Shown here one piece after another: positions 36,875 through 50,399 of a stretch of DNA of 64,000 bases (its first letter is position 1; each line of letters starts with the position of its first letter). The notes beneath the pieces were generated by a model that ran no database searches, had not been told where the DNA came from, and worked only from the letters and a program-made list of their open reading frames with translations. A program made the position numbers and the translations under genes. This DNA is from Octopus sinensis (lineage: Eukaryota), in NCBI RefSeq assembly GCF_006345805.1, contig NC_042997.1, forward strand, positions 205,468,001 to 205,532,000, in the 5' to 3' direction.

Positions 36875-37775
36875 CTATCAGAACTGGAGGAGAAGTTTCA
36901 GGTGTGGAAGCAAGGATTAGAATCGAAGGGCCTTAGAGTCAATCTAGCTAAAACGAAAGTCCTAATAAGTAGTAAGGTAGACAAATTACAAATGCCTTCA
37001 GGTAGATGGCCTTGCTCGATCTGTAGAAAAGGTGTAGGTAGAAACTCTATAAGATGCACCAAGTGTAAGCTATGGACACATAAGAGGTGCAGCAATGTCA
37101 AAGGAAGGCTAACTAGGAAGATAGTTTTTGCATGTGGCAGATGCTCAGGAGCAATAAACACTGAAAATGCTCTGAGACCAACTTCTGCCACTTTCCAGGG
37201 AGAAAAACTAGAAATAGTTGATAGTTTCCGTTACCTAGGTGACCAAGTCAATAGTGGGGGCGGGTGTGCTGAAAGTGTAAATGCTAGAGTAAGAATAGCC
37301 TGGGCAAAGTTCAGAGAGCTCCTACCTCTGCTGGTGACAAAAGGCCTCTCGCTCAGAGTAAAAGGCAGACTGTATGATGCATGTGTACGAACAGCCATGC
37401 TACATGGCAGTGAAACATGGGCCGTGACTGCTGAGGATATGCGTAAGCTCGCAAGAAATGAAACCAGTATGCTCCGATGGATGTGTAATGTCAGTGTTCA
37501 TACTCGACAGAGTGTAAGTACCTTGAGAGAAAAGCTGGACCTAAGAAGCATCAGATGTGGTGTGCAAGAGAGACGTTTGCGCTGGTATGGTCATGTGATG
37601 AGAATGGATGAAGATAGCTGTGTGAAAAAGTGCCACACCCTAGCGGTTGAGGGAACCTGTGGAAGAGGCAGACCCAGGAAAACCTGGGACGAGGTGGTGA
37701 AGCACGATCTTCGAACTTTAGGTCTCACTGAGGAGATGACTAGAGACCGAGACCTATGGAAGTATGCTATCATCA
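36875..37775 (+). mobile_element. RTE LINE 3' fragment with an open 303-aa ORF including a PHD-type C4HC3 finger
   Basis: ORF 36902-37813: GLRVNLAKTK, CSIC..CTKC..H..C..CGRC, YLGDQV, RLRWYGHVMRM, GRPRKTW. Confidence 0.92.
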
Positions 37776-38625
37776 GATCATCATCATCATTTAGCGTCCG
37801 TTTTCCATGCTAGCATGGGTTGGACGGTTCAACTGGGGTCGTGGAGCCCGAAAAGGCTGCACCAGGCCAGTCAGATCTGGCAGTGTTTCTACAGCTGGAT
37901 GCCCTTCCTAATCCTAACGCCAACCACCCGAGAGTGTGTGGGTGATTTTTGTGCCACCGACAACAGGTGCCAGACGAGGCTGGCGAACGGCCACGCTCGA
38001 TGGTGTTTTTATGGCCACCGACACAGTTGCCAGACGAGGCTGGCAGACGGCCACGCTCGGATGGTGTTTTTATGTGCCACCGACACAGGTGCCAGATGAG
38101 GCTGGCAGGTGCCCAGACGAGCTGGCAGACGGCCACGCTCGGATGGTGTTTTTATGTGCCACCGACACAGGTGCCAGATGAGGCTGGCGGACGGCCACGA
38201 TCGGATGGTGTTTGTTACGTCCCCAAAGCACGGAGGCCAGTCTATGCGGTACTGGCTACGGCCACGTTCGGATGATTTTTCTTGTGTGCCACCGGCACTG
38301 GTACCACAAAGATACAAATTCCATTTATGTTCATCTATTTTGATTTGTTTGATTTGATTTGATTTTCACTTGCCTCAACAGGTCTTCACAAGTGTCACAA
38401 GAAGGAAGGTATGCACAGGTACTGTCTACGTCGCCGGGTCCTTTCGGATGGTTCTTTATGTGCACCGACACAGGTGCCAGATGTGGCGGCGAAGGCCACG
38501 ATCGGATGGGTTTTCTTGTGTGCCACCGGTACTTCGGAACCACAAAGATACAATTCCATTGATGTTCATCTATTTTGATTTGGTTTGATTTCCTTGCCTC
38601 ACAGGTCTTCACAAGTGTCACGCGT
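37776..38625 (-). mobile_element. RTE 3' UTR in inverted orientation, tail-to-tail with the preceding RTE, with 62-bp modules
   Basis: Reverse complement of 32450-33480. Confidence 0.85.
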
Positions 38626-38863
38626 GGTCACAACGATGTTTTTAAACCTCTGTTAACAGCACCGTATACAGGTCCTTTCCATTTTCTTTCATGCATGGAT
38701 AAATTTTTCATTTTAGACTTTAATGATCGTAAAGACACTATATTAGTGGATAAACTAAAAAGGACCTTCATAGAGAGAACTGTCCCTGTTCCCACTGCAG
38801 ACGACATACACACAGCATTACAAATATGGCCTGCACACCCACCTTCACATTCCATGACTACCA

Positions 38864-39078
38864 TTGGGATTGATCAGGTACCAGACAAGGATTCTGCATT
38901 ATTTTCCATTTTTTTAACTTAATTTTTGAAAGAGGTCAGGTTCATTTTTAGTATTCTCGTTTGTGAGAGCAGTTGAGTTTATTTCAGATATTCTCATTTT
39001 AAAACCCATCTCTGGCCAATCGTTGAGAGGAGGTTGGTGTTACCTTGGTGGAGGTTCACATACTCTCAGTGTACTTCT
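38864..39078 (+). mobile_element. Possible DINE-1/HINE-like 3' fragment
   Basis: Ends ccttggtggaggt (complementary to the acctcc 5' IR), followed by a hairpin-like segment and ttctt. Confidence 0.4.
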
Positions 39079-39081
39079 TAT

Positions 39082-39541
39082 TATAGATGTTTTCGATCTA
39101 GTTTAGATTCTTTGCAATCAAATTTGAATTTTTCAGTTGGTAATCAAGCGTGAAAAACATGGAGCTTAGGTGTTCCGCTCATAAACACACACATCACCCG
39201 GTCAGAGATTCAAACCCATGATCCCTCTTAAAAGAACCAGTCCATTTGCTTTGAGGAGCTGCAAATTGAACAATATTTTAACAAAAAAAGTGACTTCATA
39301 AAACGGTTATAAAGAGCAAAGAGCGTACTATTCAAGTTTATCCAACTCAAGTTTGTTGTCCCAAGCTTGGGATTAGATTGAAGTTCGAGTAACAGTGGGC
39401 TCTACTGGACGAGTTAGATAAGATAAACATGTATTCCCTTACGGCCGATGTAGTTTAACTAATTTTTTTCAAGGGTTGAGCACCAATTGAAAAATTCAAA
39501 TTTGATTGCAAAGAATTCAAACTAGATCGAAAACATCTATA
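39082..39541. mobile_element. MITE with ~60-bp terminal inverted repeats and TA termini
   Basis: tatagatgttttcgatctagttt..ttttcagttggt (39082-39141) is the near reverse complement of accaattgaaaaa..gatcgaaaacatctata (39482-39541). Confidence 0.8.
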
Positions 39542-39729
39542 TTATTAATTATTATTATTATACTGGTTGGAAGGCTAGAACATCGATAGAAGCTTGACAG
39601 GTATTTTTGTTCTCAAAACTACTGTCTTTGTTGATATTATTGTTTAAAAAGGAGCATAAGACAATAGTCTTTGTCCCTGCCAAAAAAGAATTGAATAATA
39701 TTGGGGCTTAGTGCCCAAATATTAGCATT

Positions 39730-42700
39730 TGTGAAATGTTTACACGTTCACAAGTGAAAAATGGTGTGGAGGGGTGTAACTTTCTAATGCAAAACAAACC
39801 AATTTGTGACAGCAGGAGACATCATGAAAATGCAATTTTCACTGACACAAGAAGCAATTTCAGGAACAAAATTGATAACAAATCCAAAAGCACCACAGTG
39901 CTTTTGGACAGTGATAAAATAAACCGTAAAGAACAAAGAAGTATTTTGATAAAGAACAGAGACACAATGGAGAACACACAATCCCTCGATAGTCGAATAG
40001 AAAATGAAAATGTAACCACCAACTACCCAAACAGGAATAATGTGGAAAATTATATGATAACTGATATCAACACAGAAAATAACAAATCGAACAGCACAGA
40101 GCAGAGAAGCATAACAGAAAACAATAACAGAATGAATAACAACAACAAAAACATCGATGAGAACACAACCAATACCAACGGCAACACCAGCAACAGAGAG
40201 GTGGGTGTATTTAGAAGTAACAATAATTATAACAAAGTGAATGATTCCACCACCACCACTATCATCAACATTGAGAACTGAACAAGTATTTTTGCAGCAG
40301 CAGCTGCGAAATGCCAACAAAAATACTATGAGATAAACATCTCCAACAAGAAACAGATGTTCCTGATGTACAAACTCATAGAGAGAGAAAAAGCCTGGGC
40401 AAACCTTGCAATCCCGGCCAAAGTGGAGGTAGAAATTGAGAAGAGAACAGTAAAGTATAAGTGTGTCTCGGTGCAGAACAACCTTCCTACCCTCAAGTGG
40501 AAATGGTACTGAGGTCAATCAGAGAAGAAGTTCAATTCATTCAAAGGGCCGGAAGTTTTGGTACCATCTTGGTACTTTTTAAAATAGAAGAGCTGGCCAT
40601 GAAGCATTCGGTGGTACCCCATAAAACTGACCAGCTTGTAATGTACCCATCCTACATGGGCAGAAGAACTATAAAAGTTGGAGTCCCCAGAATAACACCA
40701 GGTATCAACATGTGGAGGCACATGGGATGTGTGATCATGGAGGGCAGCAACACCTTCATCCTTAAAGTCTAACAGATGCAAAGAGAAGACTGGATTGGGA
40801 AGGATTTGAAAATGCTAATCCAAATAAAACCACAAGACTAGGTGGACATCCCAGACCATGTCTGCCTCAAAGAAGGGACAAAATTATATTTGATCACTGA
40901 GGGCAGGAGGCCTCATTGCTTTGCTTGTGGTGAAGCAACACACTTACAAGCACATTGCCCTCAATGAAAAGTTAGAGGGGCCCATGGACCTCCATTGACA
41001 TCAACACCAAGGCTGGGAAAACAAAAAATAGCACCAGCTGTAGAAAGATCACCACCAATAACATGGAAAGCAGCAACAATGGTGACAATGGTGGCAGGTG
41101 TAACAACACCACCAGCAGGAAAGCCGTCGGAGAGGTCAACCATGAAAACCAACACCTTGCAACCAAGCTCAACAACCCCACCCCTCACAAACAAGCATGC
41201 AGAAAAAGATACACATACAAACACAAATTCACTTGCTCAGGAGAGCGGAGGAGGTTGCAACAGACACTGGTTCTACCACAATGAAAGGTGATGAGGACAG
41301 GGATCAGAGTAAATTAAAAAAGTCACAGAGGCTAGACATGTTGTCCTGCACCAAAGCAAGATAGCAAAGAAACTACACACACGCACGCACACACACACAC
41401 ACACATACACACAACAAACACAGACACCCAGACAACTCCTGCAGCACCACAATCATCAACTAAAGCATCACAAGCAACAAAAATCCCACTGCAGACAGAA
41501 AAAAAAAATCCCCAAAAGCAAACTTACACCACAAATGCAACAAGAACAGCAAAAAAAAGTTGACACAGGCAGCTCACTCTGTGTTAGTAAGGAGGGCCAA
41601 CAAAGAACTTATGGCTATCTTATCACAAAGGGGAGTCATTGGAAAAGGTGGGGGGTAATCTTCTTGGACTAACACACTTTCCAAACAATTAGGGAGGCTT
41701 TCCAGACGATGTAGGGATCTCTCAAGTAAATGCCAATACAAAGCTTCTACAAGGGTTTCCAAAGGAGCCCAATGAAGAAATAGAGGTGGGTCCACCCATT
41801 TTCTAATGGGTAAGTAGCACTCCTCATCTTTCTTTTCTTCTTTTTCAGCCAATATGGTGGTGCTAAGAGTAGGTTGTATAAATGTACGTGGCCTGGGGTC
41901 ATCCTGGAAGCAAGGTCACTTGCTCAGTAACCTCAGGTGGCTGAATTTGGATGTAATAGCCATTAGTGAGACCAGCATTGCAAACACATGCAACTTAGCA
42001 CCCATTTTTGAAGATTTTGAGATCTATGCATCTCTTAGTCGATCAAGAATGGGGGTTGGAGTGGCGGTGTTGTTCAGAAAAGGTCTGGATCTTGAGATAC
42101 AGTGAGTCTTCTTGGACCCAGAAGATAAGTAGGTGATCTTGGACGTGAACAATAATGAAGGCAGTGCTTTCAGACTGGTCGCTGTGTATGCTTTGACTGG
42201 ATTGGGACAGCCAAATTTCTTCAGATGTTTTGAAGTCTTTCTTGGGATGTCTCACTCTTTAGTGTTAGTGGGCAACTGGAACACTGTCTTGGCTGCATGT
42301 CTGGATTGGGTGCAGCTAGTGGATAGGAAGGGGTGTGCTCAAGCCTTGCAAACCTACTCAGTCATTTCCAACTGGTTTGCAAGCTCAGACTGGATGTTCC
42401 GGTTGCTGATTGTGGGTAAACTGCATTGGGTCATCTAGATCTTACTTAGGATATTTTGTAGGCCAGCAGATAGGGATAGCATAGGCTGTCCACAGTTTGA
42501 ACTCATCAGCTATACGGACCACAAATTTGTGATCTGTATGGTTGACCTATATAAGCTTCATAGGCAGGGTCCCAGATACTGGAAGCTGAACACATCTTTC
42601 CTGGCACATCAAGTTTTCAGAGACTGACTTAGCAAGCTGGTCCATCGAAAGTTGATAGGTGCAGTTGTCAACAACTGATGGTGAGTAGCCCTAAAATATG

Positions 42701-45410
42701 GGGTTACAGTAGAATCTGTAAAATTTTACAGAGAACTAGGGAGATCTAGTTAAGAAATTGGAGGAGGCACTCAGTAGAGGCATAGTGACCGATGTGCTGG
42801 CAGCGAGATTGGTTCTGAACCAATTCTTTAACACCAAGCATAAAGGTTGCATTGTGAGAGCTAGGGCATGTGTTCTAAAAGAGGAGGTAGCAAAAGCCGT
42901 TTGATGGCACTGAGTGGCCAAGGTGTAAATTGTTAAATTCCGGGGGAGGGGTGCAGACAAGTACATGCTACATGAGTACGAGCAGATTTGTGCAGAATTT
43001 CAGTGGCACTTTGCTGAACTGTATGGGGCATGTGGTAGTCTGGAGGTGGAGGTGAACTTCACTTCCCCCTTGATGCTCTGCCCTGGCTTTCATCCAGGAA
43101 GGTGGAGTTCTGCAAAATGCCAATTACAGCTGAAGATATATGTGATGCATTGGCTAGTTGCATGAGGGAGAAGTCTCTGGGATTGGATGGTTTGCCCTTC
43201 AAGCTTTATATTCATATGCCAGACTTGTTCAGTAAGCTTTTGCAGGGTGTCTTTCGCAACTGGCGGCAGAATGTGAGAATCTCCAGATCTGTGAGCTGAG
43301 GTGTGGTGGCACTACTGAGAAGAATCCAAACAAGGGTGACATGGTTGATAACTTTAGGCCTGTAACTCTATTAAATGCAGATTTCGAAATTTTGGTTAAG
43401 GTTTTAGCAAAGAGATTGGTGCTTGTCATTACCGATTGATGGGTGATACACAGACTTGTGCTATTCCCAACAGCTCTATCCATGACAACTTCCACTGCAT
43501 GCTATTCATCAAAAAGTAGGTTGATAAAGAACCTGGCATGGGAGGGGCCCTGATCAATTTGGATCAATTGAAAACTTTCGATAGGGTTGACCATCAGTAC
43601 TTGGAGACTGTGCTTGAAGCAGCTAGTCTTGGTCCTGTTTGCAGAGGCTTGTTCACTGCAATGTACAATGACATCTGTTCGGGGGTCAAAGTAAATGGCT
43701 ACATGTCGGAATTATTTAGCATTGCACATTCAGTCTGTCAAGGATGCCTACTCTCACTTCTCTATGTACTGGCACTCGAGCCATTGCTGCAGAAGTTGGA
43801 TGTTTCGAGGGACATACCTTGTGAACTAGAATGTGGAAGGTTCATATGCGGCTGATGTCACCGTGATAGTGTTGGACGTCTTGGAAATCAAGATGGTTGG
43901 CACTACCCTAAGGGAATATGACATGATGACAGGAGCAATGATTTGCCAGAAGTAGTGGGCCTGCAGCTCAGCACCTGGAGAGGCAGGCCCTTGCTGAGTG
44001 ACAACATTGTGGGGCATTGGATGGAAGAACTGGTTAAGTTGCTTGGGGTCTGGTTTGGTCCAGACCTCCAAGTGGATACGATTTAGGGTGAAGTGACAAA
44101 CAGGATGACCAGTCTCAACCACAAATGGGTTGAGAGGAAGCTTTCTCTGAAAGATTGGGCAGAGGTGGTGAAAGCATACATTGCATCCATCATATGCTAC
44201 TACCTGACTGTTGACCGTTGCCCCGCTTCGTAACTGAACAGGCTGGTGCACGTGCTCTTCTGCTTCTTGTGGAAGGGACGAGTACCACTTGTCAGATGGT
44301 CCATTTGCTGTCAGAACTCATTACATGGAGTACTGGGCATGCCATTGCTCATGATGCACAGATATGTGCTGAAGCTGCAACATCTCCAGCAATATCTGAA
44401 CAGTGAGCAGGTGTGGTCCCCATTTGTTGAACACACTTTTCCATAGATTGTCTCCTAGATGGGGTGACAGTCCTGGATTCGGTGTAGACCACGGCAGGGT
44501 GCTTGACACCTAGAGTGTCTCCAAGCGCTAACAACCCTTGGCTAGTTGGGTGATGCAGTCAGTGGAAGTTCCACCTTGGAGTCCTATAGGGGATTAGTGG
44601 AGGGCAAGAGGTACAACATTGTCAGATAGGTTTTGGGCGTTGAGAGGGATCAACTGGCTGGTCTCTTTCAGAAGATTTTTGGGCCAGGGCCTATGGACAA
44701 CTTCCTGAAATCCATGACCTGGCAGTGCTACCAGGGGGGTCTGCCAGTTCACAATAAGCTCTACAGGCACAGGTGTGCAGTCAGATGGGCCTCTCTGAGA
44801 TGCACGTGGAGTGATGAAACCATTCTGTATGCTCTCGTACAGTGTCCATGCATTGCTGACTTATGGAGCTTTGTCAGACAGTTATTGTCACATGGAAGAT
44901 GGATTTGGCTATCGTCCAAGTCCATCACGATCATTCTACCTCCTTCCTTTGGCTGGGAAGGACAGGCAGTTTTTCTCTATGGTGGCTATGGTAAAAAAGG
45001 TTGTATCGTGGACACGATTGAAAGGGCCTCAATTGACTTTTTTAGGTTCCATTTGAAAGGGAAATTGAGGTTGGAGAGGGAGGTGCTGTCACCCAGAAGG
45101 TTTGTTGAAAGGTGGGTGAATGTGACAAGAATGGCCCATGTAAATGGGCCTACTCTAAGTGTGGGTCTGTAGGCCAGATGGAATGAGGAAGAGAGGGGTA
45201 CCTACCTGAGGTACTGTTGGGGTTAGTGGTTCCTTTGCTCACTCCTCGGTGGAACCCCACCCCCCATTATTGGGGAAGATCATTGTTGGTCTAATCTCCT
45301 TGTGAATTGTGTCTTTTTTCTTTTGCTGTTTACACATTTAGCCCCACTGTCCCTTGTTTGTGAATCAACTTTTATGTTTTGTATTTGGCCCTGGTAGCCA
45401 ATAAAGAAAG
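39730..45410 (+). mobile_element. Near full-length decayed L1/Tx1-like LINE
   Basis: ORF1 knuckle RRPHCFACGEATHLQAHCP (~40900-40960); APE start VGCINVRGL (41854); RT LINLDQ.KTFDRVDH, SVCQGC and AYA.DVT; C-terminal DETILYALVQC; 3' aataaag. Confidence 0.85.
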
Positions 45411-45412
45411 TA

Positions 45413-45440
45413 TTGTTATTATTATTATTCAGTAGTTTTA

Positions 45441-45488
<48 letters not shown>

Positions 45489-45490
45489 CA

Positions 45491-45528
<38 letters not shown>

Positions 45529-45549
45529 CATTATTATTATATTATTATA

Positions 45550-45597
<48 letters not shown>

Positions 45598-45620
45598 CAT
45601 TATTATTATTATTATTATTA

Positions 45621-45665
<45 letters not shown>

Positions 45666-46059
45666 TTATTATATTTATTATATTATTATTATCATTATTA
45701 TTATCATTATTATTATTATTATTATATTATTATTATTATTATTATTATATTATTATCATTATTATATCTATATTATTATTATTATTATTTATTATTATTA
45801 TCTTATTATATTTATTATTATTATCATTATTTTATCATTATTATTATATTATTATTATCATTATTATATCATTATTATTATTATATTATTATTATTATTA
45901 TATTATTATCATATTATTATCATTATTATTATATTATTATATCATATATTATCATTATTATTATTATATTATTATTATTATTATTATTATTATTATCATT
46001 ATTTTATTATTATTATTATCATTATTATTATCATTATTATCATTATTATTATTATTATA

Positions 46060-46094
<35 letters not shown>

Positions 46095-46118
46095 TATTAT
46101 TATTATTATTATATATTA

Positions 46119-46157
<39 letters not shown>

Positions 46158-46202
46158 CATTATTATTATCATTATTATTATATTATTATTATCATTATTA
46201 TA

Positions 46203-46238
<36 letters not shown>

Positions 46239-46330
46239 CATTATTATTATCATTATTATTATTATATTATTATTATTATTATTATTATATTATTATTATC
46301 ATTATTATTATCATTATTATTATCATTATT

Positions 46331-46361
<31 letters not shown>

Positions 46362-46552
46362 TATTATTATCATTATTATTATCATTATTATATCATTATT
46401 ATTATTATTATTATTATCATTATTATTATATTATTATTATTATTATTATCATTATTATTATCATTATTATTATTATTATTATTATCATTATTATTATCAT
46501 TATTATTATTTTTATTATTATTATTATTATTATATTATTATCATTATTATTA

Positions 46553-46589
<37 letters not shown>

Positions 46590-46668
46590 CATTATATATT
46601 ATATATTATTTATTATTATTATCATTATTATTATCATTATTATTATTATTATTATTTCATTATTATTA

Positions 46669-46705
<37 letters not shown>

Positions 46706-47040
46706 CATTATTATTATCATTATTATTATTATTATTATTATCATTATTATTATCATATTATTATATATTATTATATTATTATTATTATTATTATATTATT
46801 ATTATATTATTATTATTATTATATATTATTATTATTATTATTATTATCATTATTATTATCATTATTATTATATTATTATTATCATTATTATTATCATTAT
46901 TATTATCATTATTATTATTATTATATTATTATTTTATTATTATTATCATTATTATATCATTATTATTTTATATTATTATCATTATTATTATATTATTATA
47001 TTATTATTATATTATTATTATTATTATTATTATCATTATA
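45413..47040. repeat. ~1.63-kb imperfect (ATT)n/(ATC) microsatellite
   Basis: Directly visible; source of the spurious 553-aa I/L/Y ORF. Confidence 0.97.
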
Positions 47041-48280
47041 TTTGTGGCAAATACTCAGGTGCTATAAACACTGAAAATGTGCAGAGAACAGCTTCTGTCA
47101 CATTCCAAGGAGAAAAACTACAAGTAGGTGACCAAGTCAGCAGCGGGGGTGGATGCTCTGAAAGTGTAGCTGCTAGAATAAGAATAGCCTGGGTAACATT
47201 CAGAGAGCTCCTACTTCTGCTGGTGACAAAGGGCCTCTTGCCCAGAGGAAAAGGTAGATTGTATGACGCATGTGTACGAACAGCCATGCTACATGGCAGT
47301 GAAACATGGGCCGTGACTGCTGAGGACATGCATAAGGCTGCAAGGAATGAAGCCAGTATGCTCCGCTGGGTGTGTAATGTCAGTGTGCATACACGACAGA
47401 ATGTAAGCGCCCTGAGAGAAAAGTTGAATTTAAAAAGCATCAGATGCGGTGTGCAAGAGAGACGACTGTGCTGGTATGGTCATGTGATGTGAATGGATGA
47501 GGACAGCTGTGTGAAAAAGTGTTGGGAGAACCTGTAGAAGAGGTAGACCCAGGAAAACCTGGGATGAGGTAGTGAAGCATGGCCTTTGAACACTGGGCCT
47601 TTCCAAGGCAATGACAAATGAACGAGGCCTTTGGAGATATGCTATACTTGAGAAGACCCGACAACCCAATGTGAGACCATTGCCCATGGCCTATGCCAGT
47701 GGGTGTAACCAGCCATTTATGAATACCCCTCATTCATTGGACAATAAACCTTGCTTGTGAAGACCTGTTGAGACAAGTGTAAACAAAGCAAAATCGCTGA
47801 TGTGACCGATGACAGTACTGCCTGATTGGCACTTGTGCCCGTGGGACCTTAAAAGTACTTCCAGGTATGATCGTTGCCAGGGCCACAGATTAGCTCCAGT
47901 GCTGGTAACATGTGAAAAGCACTATTCAAGTGTGATCGTTGCCAGTGTTGCTTTACTGACACATTTGCTGGTGGCGCATGAAAAACAACATTCGAGCGTA
48001 GTTGTTGCCAGTGCTGCCAGACTGGCTCCTATGCAGGTAGCACATAAAAACACCTTTTGAGCGTGGTCATTGCCAGAACTGCCTGACTGGTCCTCGTGCC
48101 GGTAGAACGTAAAAGCACCCACTACACTCACAGAGTGGTTGGTGTTAGGAAGGACATCTAGCTGTAGAAACACTGTCAGATCAGACTGGAGCCTGATGCA
48201 GACATCTGGCTCACCAGTCCTCAATCAAACCGTCCAACCCATGCCAGCATGGAAAGCGGACATAAAACGATGATGACGAT
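47041..48280 (+). mobile_element. Older RTE 3' fragment with 3' UTR and tail
   Basis: ORF 47079-47492 is homologous to 36902-37813; tail catgccagcatggaaagcgg..gatgatgac. Confidence 0.85.
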
Positions 48281-48479
48281 TCAAATTCTGCCAAGGTCGA
48301 CTTTGCTTTTCATCCTTTTGGGATCAATAAATTAACTACCAGTTGTGTACTGGGGTCAGTCTAATGAACTGGGCCCCTCCCCCAAAATTTCGGGCCTTGT
48401 GAAAAGGATTATTATTACTTTTATTATTATTATTATTTTGTTTTACCTCTCAGAACATTCAGTCTTGTTTGTTATGGTA

Positions 48480-49250
48480 GATTCTATGAGAGCAGACAGG
48501 TCTCAGAGGGTCTCTTTCTGCACATAAGCTTTGATACTTGGTTGTTTACTATCATGGGAGACATTCAACATCCAAGTCCCCAGAAGAGGAGTTTTTTGGG
48601 TTTACATTGCTCTCATATCAATTCTGATTTCTTTGACATGTTTCTCCAACATGGTTCCTAGTGCTTTGAGTGTCCTTAAAACTACTGGAATGACAGACAC
48701 TCTCCTCATAGTCCACATTCTCGCAATTTCATCTTTTAGTAGTGTGTACTTTCCCATTTTTTCTACTTCTTTGTCACTTATTGCAATATCTATGATCTTC
48801 GTTTCCTTTTTTCCTTCATCTACCACCACAATATCTGGTCTCTGAGCCTTGATTAGGGAGTCACATTGGATTGTAAATTCCCACAGTATCGTATGTTCGT
48901 TGTTCTCAGTGACTCCTTCTGCTTCATGTTCATACCATTTCTGTGCTCAGTCACTTTAAACAAACCCTTCTCTACCCAACGTGTTAACATCCGTTTTCTA
49001 TATCCCCTTCTTTTAGGTTCACTTTCTAAATAGCACTGCATCACTATCCTGTTTTTTTTTTTGCTGGTTCATTTCCTGCCTCTTTGTTCTATTATCTAAT
49101 GATGCTGTCTCAGGATAACAGCTGTGGTCTGTCTGCATCTTTTCTGGACCACAGCTGTGCGAGAGGCCTCCTTTAAAGGTCCAGCTTAGTTTTCTCTGTT
49201 ACAGCCAGAGTTTTTTCAGAAACTCCTGTCTTTCATAAACTAAAGTAAAG
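48480..49250 (-). mobile_element. Rearranged R4/Dong-related fragments
   Basis: KIIDIAISDKEVEKMGKY..IPVVL endonuclease motif, and N-terminal QCYLESEP.RRGYRKRM. Confidence 0.7.
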
Positions 49251-49799
49251 TAATGCTCATCACCATCGTCACCCCCACTATTATTTTTTGACATTTGTTA
49301 GTTTCAAGCAACTTTCTATTGCATCACATGCTGCATTTTTGTGCTGGTGGGGTGGAGTGTGCTGTACTTTTTTGTGGGGCATGGAGAATATTGCATTGTA
49401 TTAGTATGTTTTGTTATGAGTTTCGTTTGAGTTTTCTGATGTATTAGTTTTTGTATTGTGTGTTGTTTGTACAATGCAAGTTGTGTTCTTCTGTTGGGTA
49501 TCAGACTTGTATGGCACATGACGTGGGCTTTGTCCATTTTATTGGGTATTTACTGTATGAGTTTATTTCTGTATGTTTTTGGAGGAGTGTTGCATTGTAG
49601 TGTGTGTAAATCATAAATCAACCACTTCATAGTATTCATGATTATCTGTCCACCGTTCTTTCTCTTTTCGTTGGTTTTGTTATGGGTCCCTCTTTACAGT
49701 GTTTACACCTTGACCACCACCCATCTTCATGTGTTGATGTTTTTTTCATAGCTGTAATCACTGAGAAGAAACAGGAGTGTGAATATATATATATATATG

Positions 49800-49985
49800 T
49801 GACACACCGTCAGTTACGTCAATGAGGATTCCAGTTTATACAATCAGTGGAACAGTCTGCTCATGAAATTAACTTGCAACTGGCTGAACAATCCACAGAC
49901 ATGTGTACCTTTAATGTAGTTCTCAGGGAGATTCAATGTGATACAGAGTGTGACAAGGCTGGCCCTTTAAAATGCAGGTACAACA
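49800..49985 (+). mobile_element. Probable SINE core fragment
   Basis: ccgtcagttacgtcaatgagg..gaaattaacttgcaactggctg..gtgacaaggctggccc resembles an abundant cephalopod SINE body (from memory, not searched). Confidence 0.4.
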
Positions 49986-50323
49986 GTAACAAGAAGAAGG
50001 AGTGAGAGAAAGTTGTGGTGAAAGAATACAGCAGGGTTCGCCCACCACCACTGCCGAATTCCCGTGGATCTTTAGGTGTTTTCGCTCCATAAACACTCAT
50101 AACGTCTGGTCTGGGAAATGAAACCATGATCCTATGACTGCAAGTTTGCTGCCCTGACCTTACATACAACCCTACCATCGACCTACACAACAAAAATACT
50201 AACACCACTCGCAATAACATATCTAATATCCCTGGCCCGGCCACTTGAAACAACTTGAACATACATACTTTATATGCACTTTCTGACAAGTTGTGGTGCA
50301 CCTGAGCACTGTATACAATAATT

Positions 50324-50356
<33 letters not shown>

Positions 50357-50399
50357 GGTTCCCACCTCAGAGGGTAATGGATGCACAGCTGAAACCAAT

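Noticed and set aside
45413-47074. 553-aa ORF, the longest in the window
   Set aside because: It is a translation of (ATT)n in a stop-free frame; I/L/Y homopolymers, not a gene.
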